This document shows, one piece after another, positions 42,030 through 55,440 of a DNA stretch of 64,000 nt. The notes beneath the pieces were generated by a model. That model was not told the DNA's origin, did not search any database, and saw only the letters and a list, made by a program, of their open reading frames with translations. How positions within the stretch are numbered: the stretch's first letter is position 1; every line of letters begins with the position of its first letter. Made by a program: the position numbers and the translations under genes. Origin of the DNA: the human T2T-CHM13v2.0 reference genome, Homo sapiens. The DNA lies in assembly GCF_009914755.1 (NCBI RefSeq), contig NC_060926.1. The stretch is one strand, 5' to 3'.

Positions 42030-43122
42030 TAAGTTTTATTTTGTTTTTCACTGATACACGATAATTATACATATTGATGGGGTAAAGTGTATTGTTTTAA
42101 TATATGTATACATTGTGTAATTATCAAATTAGGATAAATAGTATACCTATCACCTCAAACATTTGTCATTTCTTTATGAGGACATTCAAAATCCTCTATT
42201 GTAGCTATTTTGAAATACACATTATTATAATTATAGTCATCCTATTGTGCACAGAACAACAGAACTTCTTTCTCCTATCTAACTGTACCTTTGTACTCAT
42301 CAACCAACCCCTCCCCACACCCTTCCTCCTTATACTTTCCAGCTTCTGGTAACCAATCTCCTGCTTTCTACTTCTGTTAGATCAACTTTAGATTCCACCT
42401 ATGAGTGAGATCAAACACTATTTGTCATTCTGTGCTTGCCTTGCTTCATTTAATATAATATTCTTTGGGTTCATCCATGTTGTTGTAAATGACAGGATTT
42501 CATTCTTTCTTATGGCCAAATAGTATTTTATTGTGTATATATACCACATTTGTAAAATCCATTCATTTGTTGATTGATAGACACTTAGGTTGATTTCATA
42601 AGTGAATAGTGTTGCAATAGACATGGGAGTACAGGTACCTCCTTCAACATCTTGATTTCCTTTCCTTTGGACATATACCTACTAGTGAGACAGCCAGATC
42701 ATACAGTAGTTTTGAAATTTTAAGGAACCTCTATATGGTTTTCCATAGTGGCTGTACTAATTTGCATTCCCACCAACAATGTATAAGAATTTGCCCTTCT
42801 CCACATCCTCATGAACATTTATTATTTTTCGTCTTTTTTAGCCATTCTAGCTAGAGTGAGATGCTATCTCATTTGATTCACATTTCTCTGATGATTAGTG
42901 ATGTTGATTACTTTTTCATACATCTGTTGGCCCTTTCTATGTCTTTTTTTGAGAAGTATCTATTCACATCTTTTACCCATTTTTAAATCAGTTTTCTTTT
43001 TGCTAGTGAATTGTTTGAGTTTTTAATATTAGGTCGGTGCAAAAATCATTGCGGTTTTTGCTTTTGAAAGTAATGGCAAAAACCGCAATGACTTTTGCAC
43101 TGACCTAATATTTTCTGAATAT
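42030..43122 (-). mobile_element. L1MA (MA5-7-like) 3' fragment
   Basis: cacctcaaacatttgtcatttctt..ttagattccacctatgagtgagatc..tttccatagtggctgtactaatttgcattcccaccaaca. Confidence 0.92.
43029..43108. mobile_element. MADE1 MITE nested in the L1
   Basis: 80-bp hairpin ttaggtcggtgcaaaa...ttttgcactgacctaa with TA TSDs. Confidence 0.95.
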
Positions 43123-43199
43123 TGAAACAATTCTATAATTTGTATGAAAACACAAAAGACCCGGAATGGAATAAAGAGAATCATCTGAATACACTTTCT

Positions 43200-43680
43200 T
43201 TATGCTCATATTGAGACTAAGGAGATGTTCCAAATTTAAAAAACAAGAAAGAACAAATAAACATAACAACCGAATGCAATGTGTAATTCAATATTTTTAA
43301 TTAACATTTTTAATATGTGAGGAAGAGTATTACTTGAACAATTGACAAATTCTGAATAAGGCCTATGGTTTTAGATAATAGTATTATATCACTCTTAATT
43401 TCCCGATTTTTGAGAATTACACTATGAATATATATAAGAATGTCCTTGTTTTTTAAGAAATATATACTGACATATTTAGGGGTAAGTGGACATTATTTTT
43501 ACAAGCTACTCTCAAATAGTTAAGAAAAAATAGAAAGAAAGAAATCAACACAGCAGTATGATAAAATATTAACACTGCAAAACTACAGTGAAGGATTTAT
43601 GGAAATTCTGTGTTCAATGTTACACTTTTCTGTACATATGCACAAATATGTAAACATAAAAAGTTATTTTTTAAAAAGTT
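43200..43680 (+). mobile_element. L1MC4/L1ME-like 3' end
   Basis: acaaccgaatgcaatgtg..ttagataatagtattatatca..aagaatgtccttgttttttaagaaatatatactga..tttaggggtaa. Confidence 0.8.
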
Positions 43681-45788
43681 ATTGAGATTATCTCTATTAT
43701 AAAATTTACTTTGATGTATGAAACATAGTATCTACTTAATATTGAATATTATAGGTACTCAACCAAACTGGAATTATAACAAGAGTGTAGTTTTTGTATA
43801 ACACAGTCTAGAATAGAATATGGGGTCTATTTTTGTACAGGAATAAAATAGAAGTTTGTTTTTATTGTATAGAAAATCTTTATATAAAGTAAAATTAATT
43901 TCATGCCATTCTTATGATGATAAGTAAATTATGTGAATATTGTATAATTTAACATTACTAATGAAGTGTTTCTAAACCTATATTCATCAAGAGCATTTCC
44001 AGTGCTAGAACTGTGATGGTGTAATAAAAGCACTTGTAACTTCAGGACCTAAGGCTCCTTTTTACCTCCTCAACCAACTTTCTGACCTCTCCCACTCTTC
44101 TTAGACAAAGTCTCTGGAATGGGCCATTGTGGTCAAGGATAAGACTTTTTCTGTGCCACACAAAGGGATTAAAGCTCAATCTAGAGTTATCAGGGTGAAG
44201 AGTTGGGGGTGGGCAGATGGTGGGGGTTTCTTAGGCTCTGTCTCTGTTTCTCAATATATGCTGGGACTCGTGAGATTTACTCAGGCCTAGGAAACCTTCT
44301 CCATGGTTTCGTTAGGCCTACCCTGCCCTTGGACTTAGGAAGTAAGCCTTAATCTAACTGATTTTCTCTTTCTTTCCTGTTTTGTCTTTTGTACGTATCT
44401 TTCATTGTTATTGCTGTATAAGTGGATGTGGTTCTGTGGGGAAAACAGGCTACTTTATCTATTTTGATTGCAGGTCAGAAGTTGCCTCTAGTCTACCCAT
44501 TCAAGTTTGGAGTTAATGTTCCACCAACTAATAACTGACTTTCTTCAGCGTGCTTAAATTTTCTCCACTACGTTCAGAAGTGTTGTCCATAGGAGAATAG
44601 AAAAAGAGGATTTGGGCATTGTCTTCGCAACAGTATTGTCCTCCAACTATAACACAACATAAAATATAGCAACAAAGAGCACTTCTGAGAAATTTCTGGT
44701 TCCCTGAAGGGATTTCCTGTAATGCTTACACAAACATGCCTAAAGATGCCTAAACGAATGTCATTGTGTTCAATTTATGTAGTCTACTGAAACTGAATTT
44801 AAGTTATAATCAACAATGACACTGCAAGAGAGAAGAGAGAGAAAGAGTTAAGCAAGTGCTGTCTTATTCAAAAGGTATAATATGGGAACATTTAATCATA
44901 CTAGAAAATTATCATATAAATGTGCAGATTACAGCCAAACTTTATGAAGGATGATGAATCGGGACTAGTCTAATAATCCTACAATCTGGCAGAATTCCTC
45001 TTGCAAATATCCTTCATCTTAAAGCAATGAAGGATTTCTACTGGAATAATAACTAACGAATGTAAAGCTTTATATGGCAGATAAAAAAATCAATTATAAT
45101 GTCTTACAATTAAAATAGCAAAATGGTCATTTTTGCAGCCCATAAACAGGTAAAAACATTTTTTTTTTTACCCACATACTAGAATAGCATACATCCCAAG
45201 TAATGAAATGCTGGTTTACTTATTCCAGGGTGTGCAATGCTCCCATATGGAGGATTTCCTCATTTCCTCCTTCATTTCTGTTTGTTTTCTTCCTCATTTT
45301 CTTCCAAATAAAAATAAATAAAGACAAAAATTATAATGCCTTAGATATTCTGAGGAAGGACCTGGAATTATTTAAATGACTGCTCTTGGTATTAGAATAT
45401 GTTACATAGTGCACCCAATGCAGCAATACATTGCAGAGGACCTACTGTCCTTCATACCTGAGTACCCTGAACACTTTAGAATATAAAGTATATACAATTT
45501 TAAAGGTAATATTATTTTAATAAAATTAAACATACACTACTTAAAATAGGTCAACTAAAGATTATCTGTCAAATATGGTACTTGGAATGTTTCTTCAACA
45601 CTCTGCCAATTACATCAAACAGTCCAAACATTACCTTCTATGGAAGCTCAAAAATGCTAACTTCTATCCTATTCTCTCTGAAAAGAGAGATATACTAAAA
45701 GAGGAAATCCATATAGCTCTGAAAGTTGACATTCAAATGTTTCTTATAATAATGTATTTTTCTAAACATATGCAGATATTAGTCAAGG

Positions 45789-46216
45789 GTGTGTGTGTCT
45801 GTGAGTGTGTGTGTGTGCATGCAAAAGGGAGGATTTAGTGGGAGTGAAAACTAGTTTATTTGATTTTTTTTGGCTATATATATATACACACAAACATATA
45901 CAAACACACACATACACATATACACACATATTACAAAATATATATATACACCATACATTTATGTATATGTCTCATTTGTGCCACCTATATATAGACAGAC
46001 ATATATAAATATCTACACATACATATGTATAGATACAGGTGTATAAATTATGTGAATGTGTGTGTGAATATATATGCATGTAGGTGGCACAAATGAGACC
46101 TATATAAACATACACAGACAAATGTATACATATACATATATATGTGTATGTAGATAGGTGTTTGTGTGTATATGTGTATATGTGTGTGTGTATGTGGCAC
46201 AAATGAGACATATATC
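45789..46216. repeat. Complex TA/CA/TG low-complexity array containing three copies of a 16-bp motif
   Basis: gtctcatttgtgccac at 45969-45984. Its reverse complement lies at 46084-46099 and 46194-46209. Confidence 0.9.
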
Positions 46217-46454
46217 TGGGTAGTAGGAATGCTGTAGTTATGATCATGATTGGTTACCAATTACTTACTATGTGAGGTACCTGCCTTTTAAATATGTGAA
46301 AATAAATTCTCTTTACATAAAGAGGTAATATGGTATTTTTAGCAGAATATACAAATGAAGTGAGAAATGTTTACCCAGCACAAATCTAGTAACTCTACAT
46401 GGAGAGGCAGGGATTGAACACAGAAATATGTGAATTTAAAGTCAGCATTCTTAC

Positions 46455-47460
46455 TTTTTAAATGTTTGTTACAAAACTTTTCAAATCTCACAAAAAAAGT
46501 AGAGAAAAATCTCACAACAAATTCCCAAGTGCCTATCACTCAGTTTCAACAGTTGTCTTTTCCTCATTCCTTTTATCTATTATTTATTTTTATTTTATTT
46601 ATCAGCTGAAGTACTATGAAACTGATTCCAGGTATCATGTCATTTCCCCTGCAAATTCAATCATTATTCACCTTTTAAAACAAATATGGAGATATTTTAT
46701 GCCTAAAACAAAATTGGCTTTAATTCGGTTAGGCTGTGTCCCCACCCAAATCTCATCTTGAATTCTCATGTGTTGTGGGAGGGACCCAGTGGGAGGTAAT
46801 TGAATCGTGAGGGCAGGTGTTTCCTGTGCTACTCTCCTGATAGTGAGTAAGTCTCACAAGATGGTTATTATAAGGAGGAGTTTTCCTGCACAAGCTCTCT
46901 CTTTGCTTGCTGCCATCCATGTAAGATGTGCCTTGCTCCTCCTTGCCTTCCACCATGATTGTGAGGCTTCTCCAGCCACATGGAACTGTAAGTCCAATTA
47001 ATTTTTTTTCTTTTGTAAATTGCTCAGTCTTGGGTAAGTGTTTATCAGCAGCATGAAAATGGACAAGCACAGCATTTTTTTTGCTATCATCTGATATCCA
47101 GCCCATAATCAAATTTTTCTGATAGTTTCCTGATATAGTTTTTTACACTTGGTTTGAACAAAGATCCAATCCATACATTACATTTGATTGTTATATCTCT
47201 TAAGAAGTACATTTAATATAGAACAATTTCCTTCCTTTTTCTTTTAATTATATTAACTTGCTAGAGAAACCAAATTCACTGTCTTAAAGAACATTCCACA
47301 TTCTGGATTTGTACGTTTGATTCTTTTTAGTATCATGTAAGTGGTTCTTCTCTTGTATTACCTGTACTGGGAGCTAAAACTCACATCTTGGTTTGATTGC
47401 AGTTCAACTATTTATGTGAAAACACTTCATAGGTGTTCCTATGTGTTTTACACTGCAATA
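46455..47460 (-). mobile_element. Old L1ME/MC 3' fragment split by the THE1 LTR
   Basis: ttttcaaatctcacaaaaaaagtagagaaaa..cctatcactcagtttcaacagtt; atccagcccataatcaaattt; ttccacattctggatttg. Confidence 0.6.
46721..47071 (+). mobile_element. THE1A/B solo LTR
   Basis: ggctgtgtccccacccaaatctcatcttgaatt...tttatcagcagcatgaaaatggac. Confidence 0.95.
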
Positions 47461-48528
47461 GAACCAGCTCTAGATGCCTAAAAGAATGGGTACTTAATTT
47501 TAAAGTGCAGGCTGTTTCCTTCCAGGCAGATTTCACTCATTCACACTAGTCTGTGAACTCCATCTCTGGGAACAATTTTTAACACACGGCCAACCAAAGT
47601 GCAAAATGTGCAATAGGCAGATTTTTTTTCTAGAAAAATAGTTACACATCTTTGGGAACTGGAAGTTTAGTGTCAGCCACTATGCTCTATCACTCCACTG
47701 AATTGTACATTTGAAAATAACCTGATATCCAGTTGCCACAGAATCTTGGCAGACAGTCTCAATGATGATGTCCCTGGAGGAGCCTTTGGCAGAATGACTA
47801 GAGTATATACCATTCAGCAGGGAAACATCTATGTGTCTGACACATGCACCCTCAATGTTGCAGTGCAGAGATTCATTTTACTCAGAGGAAGCAATTGCCT
47901 CATTCACACTATGAGAAATAGTAGAAAAATAAGATTCAAAATTTTAAAAAGCATAGAGAAAAAGGCAGAAGGAGGTCTGTCCCATAGTATAGTCACACAT
48001 GCATGTATATCTATGCCCATCTCTAACACTCACACACGCACACAATTTTTGTCATCCAGAAAAAGACAGAATGACTTTGAAGAGTTTGAAGTATTCACAA
48101 TGCATTTATCATCAAAGCAAATGAAGTGACTTTGGCTGGATAAAAGAAAGGGAAGCAGAAGCCTGATACTTAGAAATGCAACTGTTTTGATTGCTAACTT
48201 GTTCTGCATGAGCATATTCTGCTCCTCTCTCGGAGCAAATGTCCAATAATAAAGATACATTCTGCTATAATTTGGTAGTTATAATGCATTTACTGGTTCA
48301 GAAACATGTTACATCTCAGTTTGGGAGTAATCTTTACCAGAAATTATTGTTCTGGGCACCCCTACTACATCTTCAGACATCTTTAGCAAAGCATTTGTTT
48401 TTGCTTTGGTTTCAAACATAACATTGATTTAAATAAGGTGATTGCATTATTAAATGAACTGAGCCTTACTCAGTCATTTCAGGCACAGCTTATTGTTGTG
48501 GATATTATTATTTCTCTTTTTTTCACAG

Positions 48529-48556
48529 GTGTTCCTCAGCAGAATCCTTAAGGAAG
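48529..48556 (+). other. Candidate 28-nt microexon
   Basis: tttctctttttttcacag|GTGTTCCTCAGCAGAATCCTTAAGGAAG|gtaagt. Both sites are near consensus. Confidence 0.4.
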
Positions 48557-48587
48557 GTAAGTGCTGGCACAGAAGTTAAAAGTGCAA

Positions 48588-49048
48588 TATATTAGTTTGC
48601 CAGGGCTGCAGACTGAGTGGCTTAAATAACAGATATTTATTGTTCTAGACTTGTGAAGGCTAAAACTCTGAGATCTAGGTTTCTGGAGTGTTGGTTCCTT
48701 CTGAGAGCTGTGAGGAAGAAGCTGTTCTACGCCCCTCCGTGCACTTCCGGTGGTTTGCTAGCTAGCAATCTTTGGCATTCATCAGGTTATATAAACATCA
48801 CCCCAATCTTTGCCTACATCTTCACATGATGTTCTCCCTGTGTGTGTGTTTCTGCTCCTAATCTTGCCATTTTATAAAGACACCAGTCATATTGGATTAA
48901 TGGTCTACCCTACTCCAGTGTCACTTCCCTTTATCTTAACATATTACATCGGCAATGACTCCATTTCCAAATCAATTCACATTCTGAGGGACTGGGGATT
49001 AGGATTTTATCATCTGAATTTTAGAAGGACAAATTTCAACTCATAACA
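48588..49048 (-). mobile_element. MLT1C-like LTR
   Basis: tattagtttgccagggctg..ggcttaaataacagatatttatt..gcaatctttggcattc..gacaccagtcatattggatta..tcaactcataaca. Confidence 0.9.
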
Positions 49049-49084
49049 TACAATAAACCAATCGTACTTGGAAGATAAACTATT

Positions 49085-49190
49085 AGGGTTTATGAACTTC
49101 AGCATTACTGACATTTTGGGCATACTTATTCTTTGTCAAGTTTGGGGTTGAGGTCCAGGCTGTCTTGTGCATTGTAGGACATTTAGCAGT
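49085..49190 (-). mobile_element. MER20 fragment
   Basis: cagcattactgacattttggg..ctgtcttgtgcattgtaggacatttagcag. Confidence 0.8.
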
Positions 49191-49864
49191 GAAGTAACAG
49201 TTAACTTTTTCAAATAATGCTCATTTGTGTTTTTGTTAAATAAGGTGATTATTTTTATATCTAGATGCAAAGACATTTTGATACAAAACATATCTCTCGA
49301 TTATCTCATCTTATATTTCTCTGCATTTTTATTTTGCTATGTCATGAAAATAAAGTCAAATGCAGACAATGGAAGATATTATGTTAGGGAAAAAATGAAG
49401 CAGCATGTGCTTCTGCTTATACACAAAATAATCATGATTTTATAATGATATATACGTATGTATGTATGAATGTATGTGTGTGCATGTGTGTGTAATGGTA
49501 CATTCAGAATGGTCAGCTGAAGTATTGGCGTGAGAAATTGTTTTTATGCTAAATGAGTCAAGGGAAGTGGACCCATACATGCATTTAGGTGTTATAATGA
49601 AGTTTTAGCATGAATTATTTGGCATTAAAAAGTACATGAACTGCCATCATAGATCAACTTTTATAAATAAGCAATAAAGTCAATTTGTGTTACAGCTTCT
49701 TAATATAACTTTCTTAATCTTGAAAATTCAACTGGAGAATTTCCATATGCATATGATTAAAACCATGCTGGAAAAGAGTTCTAAATAAAAATTCTATTGA
49801 CTTGAATTTTTAAAAATCCCTATTTTGAATACATTTACTTTTGAAACCTTTATTCTCCAGTTTG

Positions 49865-50363
49865 AATTTTTCTTATTATTATTTTTAATACATACACGAT
49901 AACTATATGTTTTTTATGGGCATAGTGTGATATTTTGATACATGCATACCATATGTAATTATCAATTCAGGGTAATTAGCATATCTATCATCTCATTTAT
50001 TGTTTCTTTGTGTTGAGAACATTCAAAGTCCATTCTTCTAGCTATTTCAAAATGTACAACAAATTGTTTATCCTAAACACCCTATAGTGCTATAGAACAC
50101 TAGAACTTGTCCTTCCAATACAGCTGTAATTTAGTATCCTTTAACCAACCTCTGGCTATCCCCATCTCCCCACTCTCTTATCCACCCTTTAATAACCACC
50201 ACTCTACTCTCTATTAGTAGAAAATCAGCTTTTTAGTTTCCACATACTAGTGAGAAAATACAATATTCATCTTTCTGTGCCTGGCTTATTTCATTTAATA
50301 TATCTGAGCTCATCCGTGTTGTTGTGAATGACAGTTTGTTTTTTTTTGACTAAATAATATTTC

Positions 50364-50422
<59 letters not shown>

Positions 50423-51145
50423 CACATTTTCTTTATCCATTCATCTATTGATAGGCAACTTAGGTTCATTCCTTATCTCTGCTATTGTGAATAATGCTAC
50501 AATAAACGTGGGAATGCATATATCTATTTGACATATTGATTTCTTTTCCTTTTTCTTTTCTTTTTGATATATATCCAGTGGTGAGACTGTTGGATCATTT
50601 GTAATTGTTTGAGGAACCTCCATACTGCTTTCTATAATGGCTGTGCTAATTTACATTCCCACCAACAGTGTATAAGTGTTCTTCTGAGCCTTGCTAGCAT
50701 TTTGTTATTTTTTGTCTTTTTAATAGCAGCCATTCTAGCTAGAGTGAGATGGTATCTCATTCTGATTTTGATTGGTATTTCTCTGATGATTATTGATATT
50801 GAGTGTTTTTGAGATACCTGTTGACCGTTTGTTTGTCTTCTATTAGGAAATGTCCTCTCACCTTATTTGCCCATTTTTAAATTAAATTAATTTTTTTGTT
50901 GTTGACTTGCTTGAGTTTCTTATTTATTATTAATATTAACCACTTGTATGATGAATAGTATGCAAATAATTTCTCTCATTCTGCAGGTTGTCTCTTTACT
51001 CTGTTTATTGTTTTCCTTGCTGTGCAGAAGCTGTTTAGTTTGATATAATCCCACTCGTCTATTTTTATTTTTGTTGCCTGTGCTTTTTGAGATCTTGTTC
51101 ATGAAATCTTTGCCCAGACCAATGTTCTTTAGTGTTTCCTCTCTC
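49865..51145 (-). mobile_element. L1MA (MA4-6-like) 3' fragment with an internal (TA)n(CA)n at 50371-50422
   Basis: Antisense L1 3' UTR plus ORF2 tail (gaggaacctccatactg, gctgtgcagaagctgtttagtttgatataatccc). Confidence 0.93.
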
Positions 51146-51314
51146 TGTATATATTTTGCTTCGTAAAATTCTGCTTCTTTTAGAGATGATTTAAAAAGCA
51201 GTGAAATGACCAAAGTTGAGAAATTCAATAGCTAGAAAGGCAATATTCCTTTTTCTGCAACAAAGAATCATCTCCATAATATATTCTAATTTATAAACAC
51301 TTGTCCTTTGGAGC

Positions 51315-51700
51315 AGAGGTCAGAAAGAGTACCCAATAGGCTTCTAGTCTGCAGATGTGTTTTGTTAGAACCAAGTCTTTTTTTTTTTTTTTTTTGCTTT
51401 GATTTTAATTCATTCTAAGCAATACAATCAGGGAATTTTATGTAAAAATCTGGGATTCTGGCATTTCTTGTGAAATCAGCAGATCTGGGATCCTTAACCT
51501 CATATTCCTGCATGGCAACCATGAGCTGGAGGTAATAGGCTGCTACCACTTTTGGATGGGCCACTGGCCCCAACATTGCCAATTCTCTACTCGAGGCCTA
51601 ATGCCAGATGCTATTTATAATTGTAGGGGGTTTTGTTTGTTTTAATTTAGCCCAATCCCCTCAACTATATTACCTTGTAAATAGCATATCGGTTTACCAT
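51315..51700. mobile_element. MER102-like hAT-Charlie relic
   Basis: ctgcagatgtgttttgtt..aaaaatctgggattctggcatttcttg..agatctgg..atattcctgcatggcaac. Confidence 0.7.
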
Positions 51701-51949
51701 TTGGACTTGAAGCTTGAATCTATGGAATCTAACTTTAAAGATCCACGTGTCAGAATACTTCTATAAGGAATTAGGACAATAAAGATAAGATATCATTATG
51801 AAGACCAAGAATCTGAACCTGTAACAGTCGGTGCATTCAAGCATTTTACAGAAGTTATTGCCAGTAACTCCTTGGAACTCTTAGAAACAAACTAGATTTC
51901 TGATCTAAACATATATCTTGAATATTGCAAAATACATCCTTCACCTATT

Positions 51950-52120
51950 TCTTTTTGCTAGCTGTGTGATCTTGGCATTACTTAACCTCTCCAAACCACT
52001 CTTTCTACTTCTGTAAAACGGAAAAGTAATTTTATTTATTTCATAGGATTGAGTATTAGATAAGTAAATACACTTTAACTTCTTGAAATTATCAGCCAGA
52101 GTAAGAACTTCTCAGATATT
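51950..52120 (+). mobile_element. MIR
   Basis: ctagctgtgtgatcttggcattacttaacctctc..ctgtaaaacgg..tcataggattg. Confidence 0.8.
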
Positions 52121-52303
52121 ATTCATCAGTACTCTTATTACAAATATTTTGATAATTCAGTCATATACTCTCTAAGTAATCATGACAATGTCTTATATTC
52201 TCAGATGATTTTAAAAAAGGGTAATTAACTTTTGTGTATCTAGGTAAACAAGATACTTAAAACATTTTTTTTTTTTTAAAATAGATAACACTAAGCCTTA
52301 GAG

Positions 52304-52520
52304 CAACGGTTCTTCATTCTGGGCAGTTTTGCTCTCCATGGGATATTTGGTAATGTCTGCAGATATTTTTGATAGTTAGGATATGGAGGGGCTGCTATTG
52401 TCATCTAGTGGGCAAAGATCAGGGGTGCTGCTGAACATCCTACAGTGCACAGAAAACAGCTTCACACAACAAAGAACTATCTAGTTCAAAACGTTGGTAG
52501 TGCAAGTTTCAGAAACCCTG
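52304..52520 (+). mobile_element. MER20 (full length)
   Basis: caacggttcttca...gcagatattttt..catctagtggg..catcctacagtgcacag..gaaaccctg. 8-bp TSD ccttagag/cactagag. Confidence 0.9.
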
Positions 52521-53399
52521 CACTAGAGATATTTACCATGAGAAACTAAAGAATTACTGTTAGGAGAGTGGGATAAAAGATAATCATAAAAGCAGGATCT
52601 GTTTAGGGAGAGGCCAAGTGAGAGTGAAAGAACTGTTTACCATTTGCACTATGCACTTCCTAAAGAAGTTCTCAGTGTCAAATGAATTAAGCGCTCTTCT
52701 CTGGTCCACAGAAGTTTGACTTTCAGAAGAAAGCTTTTAGAATCAAGAAAAAATCCATCATCTTAATGCCTAAGACTGAGTGACTGAAGCCAAAATACAT
52801 TAATTCCACCAGTGAATCACTAGCCATGTGTGTGAGTGTGCTCCTAAAATTAATACATGTAATGTCATGGTCTGAAATTATTTTCTATTCTTTTTCTCTG
52901 GGATAGATAGTACAGCAAACTTTTAAAAGTCCCTAGACATCTGTAAAACCAGGTTTTGTGTAGGGCTGTCATCTGTTAGCATTAACTATTTACATAAAGA
53001 CAAAATTAATGATCAAATTTGCAACTTGAGCACCTGAATAAAGACTTTTTTTTCACTCTATTTCACCTTGTCAAATAGGAAACTGAAAACAGTGGATAAT
53101 TTTCATGGCAGTGGAAGCATCTATGTAAATCAGCCATCCATTTCATTCTACTATGCTACTATCTTCAGACATGTAATTGTTTCTTGGGTCTTAAATGCTT
53201 TCATTTCCATTTTATCCTTGAGATCCAGCAGTAATTTATGTGTACTTTTAAAAATTTATTTTATTTATAAATGAGACATAGATTGTGTCTGAAGACATTT
53301 TGACCTTTGACCATGAGAGGGATAAGTGAAGGAAAAAACAAAGGAATACAAAAGGATTCCTGGGAAAAGGAATGCAAAAAAAAATACCGTTACATTTCC

Positions 53400-53732
<333 letters not shown>

Positions 53733-55249
53733 TAAAAGAGATAATCAAATATATAAAAGTGACCATTAAGGGCCATGTTACTCATCTAATAAGTTAAAGT
53801 CTCCTCCCATCTTTCAACTGGTATTTTTTTTTTACTGATCTGAAGGAAGAAGTCATACCATACCATATTTTATAATAGGTTAGAATCTATATAACAGGTT
53901 TTATTATAACATTTTATAAGCATTGCTTTTCTTCTCTATTATTACAAGAACGTGTTTGTGTGCGTAGGGGTGTGTGTGTGTGTGCAAGTATCCTCGTGAA
54001 AGTTTCTATTGATTTTCATTTTAATTATGTTCTTACAATACAAAGGACGCTGACACAGAATTTTTTTAAAAAACAGTGAAAAATGTGTTTGATGTAAGAC
54101 TCAGCCTAATTGATTTTCTTCAGGGCATATACAATGGAATAGCTTTCCATTTGAATTCACTAATATAATAAGGTGTTAGGCCCATTCAATAATTCTTGAA
54201 AAGGAGCTAGGAATCCTAGGAGAAAGGCTAAAAAAAAAAACTATCAAATGAAAAGAAAGGGATATTTTACTAACATAGTTCGGGTAAAATGGAAAGCAGC
54301 TGTGTGAAATTTGAGAGCGATAAAGAAGTGAGTCCTTGGTGATAACTACAACCTCACTGGTTTAAAGAAACCGTAACTAGTAGACAAAATGCAAATGTAT
54401 CAGTAAGGCAGAATTCAGATACAGGAGAAATGCTGTTACAGGAAATTTTACTTGCATTTGTAGATATGACAACTTTCTCCTATATCTCCATGACTGATCA
54501 CTGCAAATACTTAAATCCAAATAAGATATTCATACTTTTAAATACTAAGTAAACAAAATTTAATAGTTTAATAAGACAACAATGCAGGATGATGGATAGG
54601 AAAAAAAGTGGAGGAATTAAGGTTCAATATGAAGCATAGTAGAACAAAGTATTTAAAAATCAATATATATTATAAGGAACTAATAATAACAGATCTGTGG
54701 AAATGGATAATAGAAAGACAATTGTAGGCCTAGGACTCTCAATTTTAAAAGACTACATTTAAAGTTTGCTTTGTGTTTTCTGAAGATTTATTCCAGGCCT
54801 AAAATGATTGCTTACAGCTGACAGCTTGCTAGTCTCCTAGTGATTTCAATAATTATCTCTATTGAGTTAGGGTATTGATCTGTAGCTGCTAGCCATTTCA
54901 AAAGTCCCCTTTTATCTGCTAGAGGTAATAGAATTAATGAGTCTCTTTGCCAAACATAAAAGGAACATTGGGTACACAATTAGGTCACAATATAAAACTG
55001 AAAAAAAAGTAAGGGAAAATTAAATTGAAATTTTGAGCTAAAAGAGATTTATATAAAATATCTTCCCATTTAATATGTTTGTGAAATATAGGTATCATAC
55101 TAAGACAATGGCTAAAGGAAATCAAATGAACTGACTAGAGAATCTTCAAATAACCTGTGTTGATGTGAGTGGTAGATAATTCAAACCTATGTGATTTTGA
55201 GTCAGAAATATACTTAGTGACTTAAAAAAAAAGCTTTCAGTGAAAAGTA

Positions 55250-55440
55250 TTGTATGATAAGTTTTGGAGTTCTGACTCAAGTCAGCATGCCTAAAATGAA
55301 ATCTGGCTTTGAATAGTCTCTAGTTTCAAGATATTGTCTCAGATTTTTCGTCCAAAACATGGGGAAACCACAGTAGCAATCTCAAGGAGTTGTTCTGAGG
55401 AGTCAGTAACAGGGCAGGCCAGAGAGACGGTGCCTTGGGA
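55250..55440 (+). mobile_element. Degenerate MIR
   Basis: tgactcaagtcag..aatctggcttt..tctcagatttttcgtccaaaacatgggg..gttgttctgagga. Confidence 0.5.

Noticed and set aside
47746-48129. 127-aa + strand ORF
   Set aside because: Non-ATG start, includes a CA repeat, and no recognisable homology.
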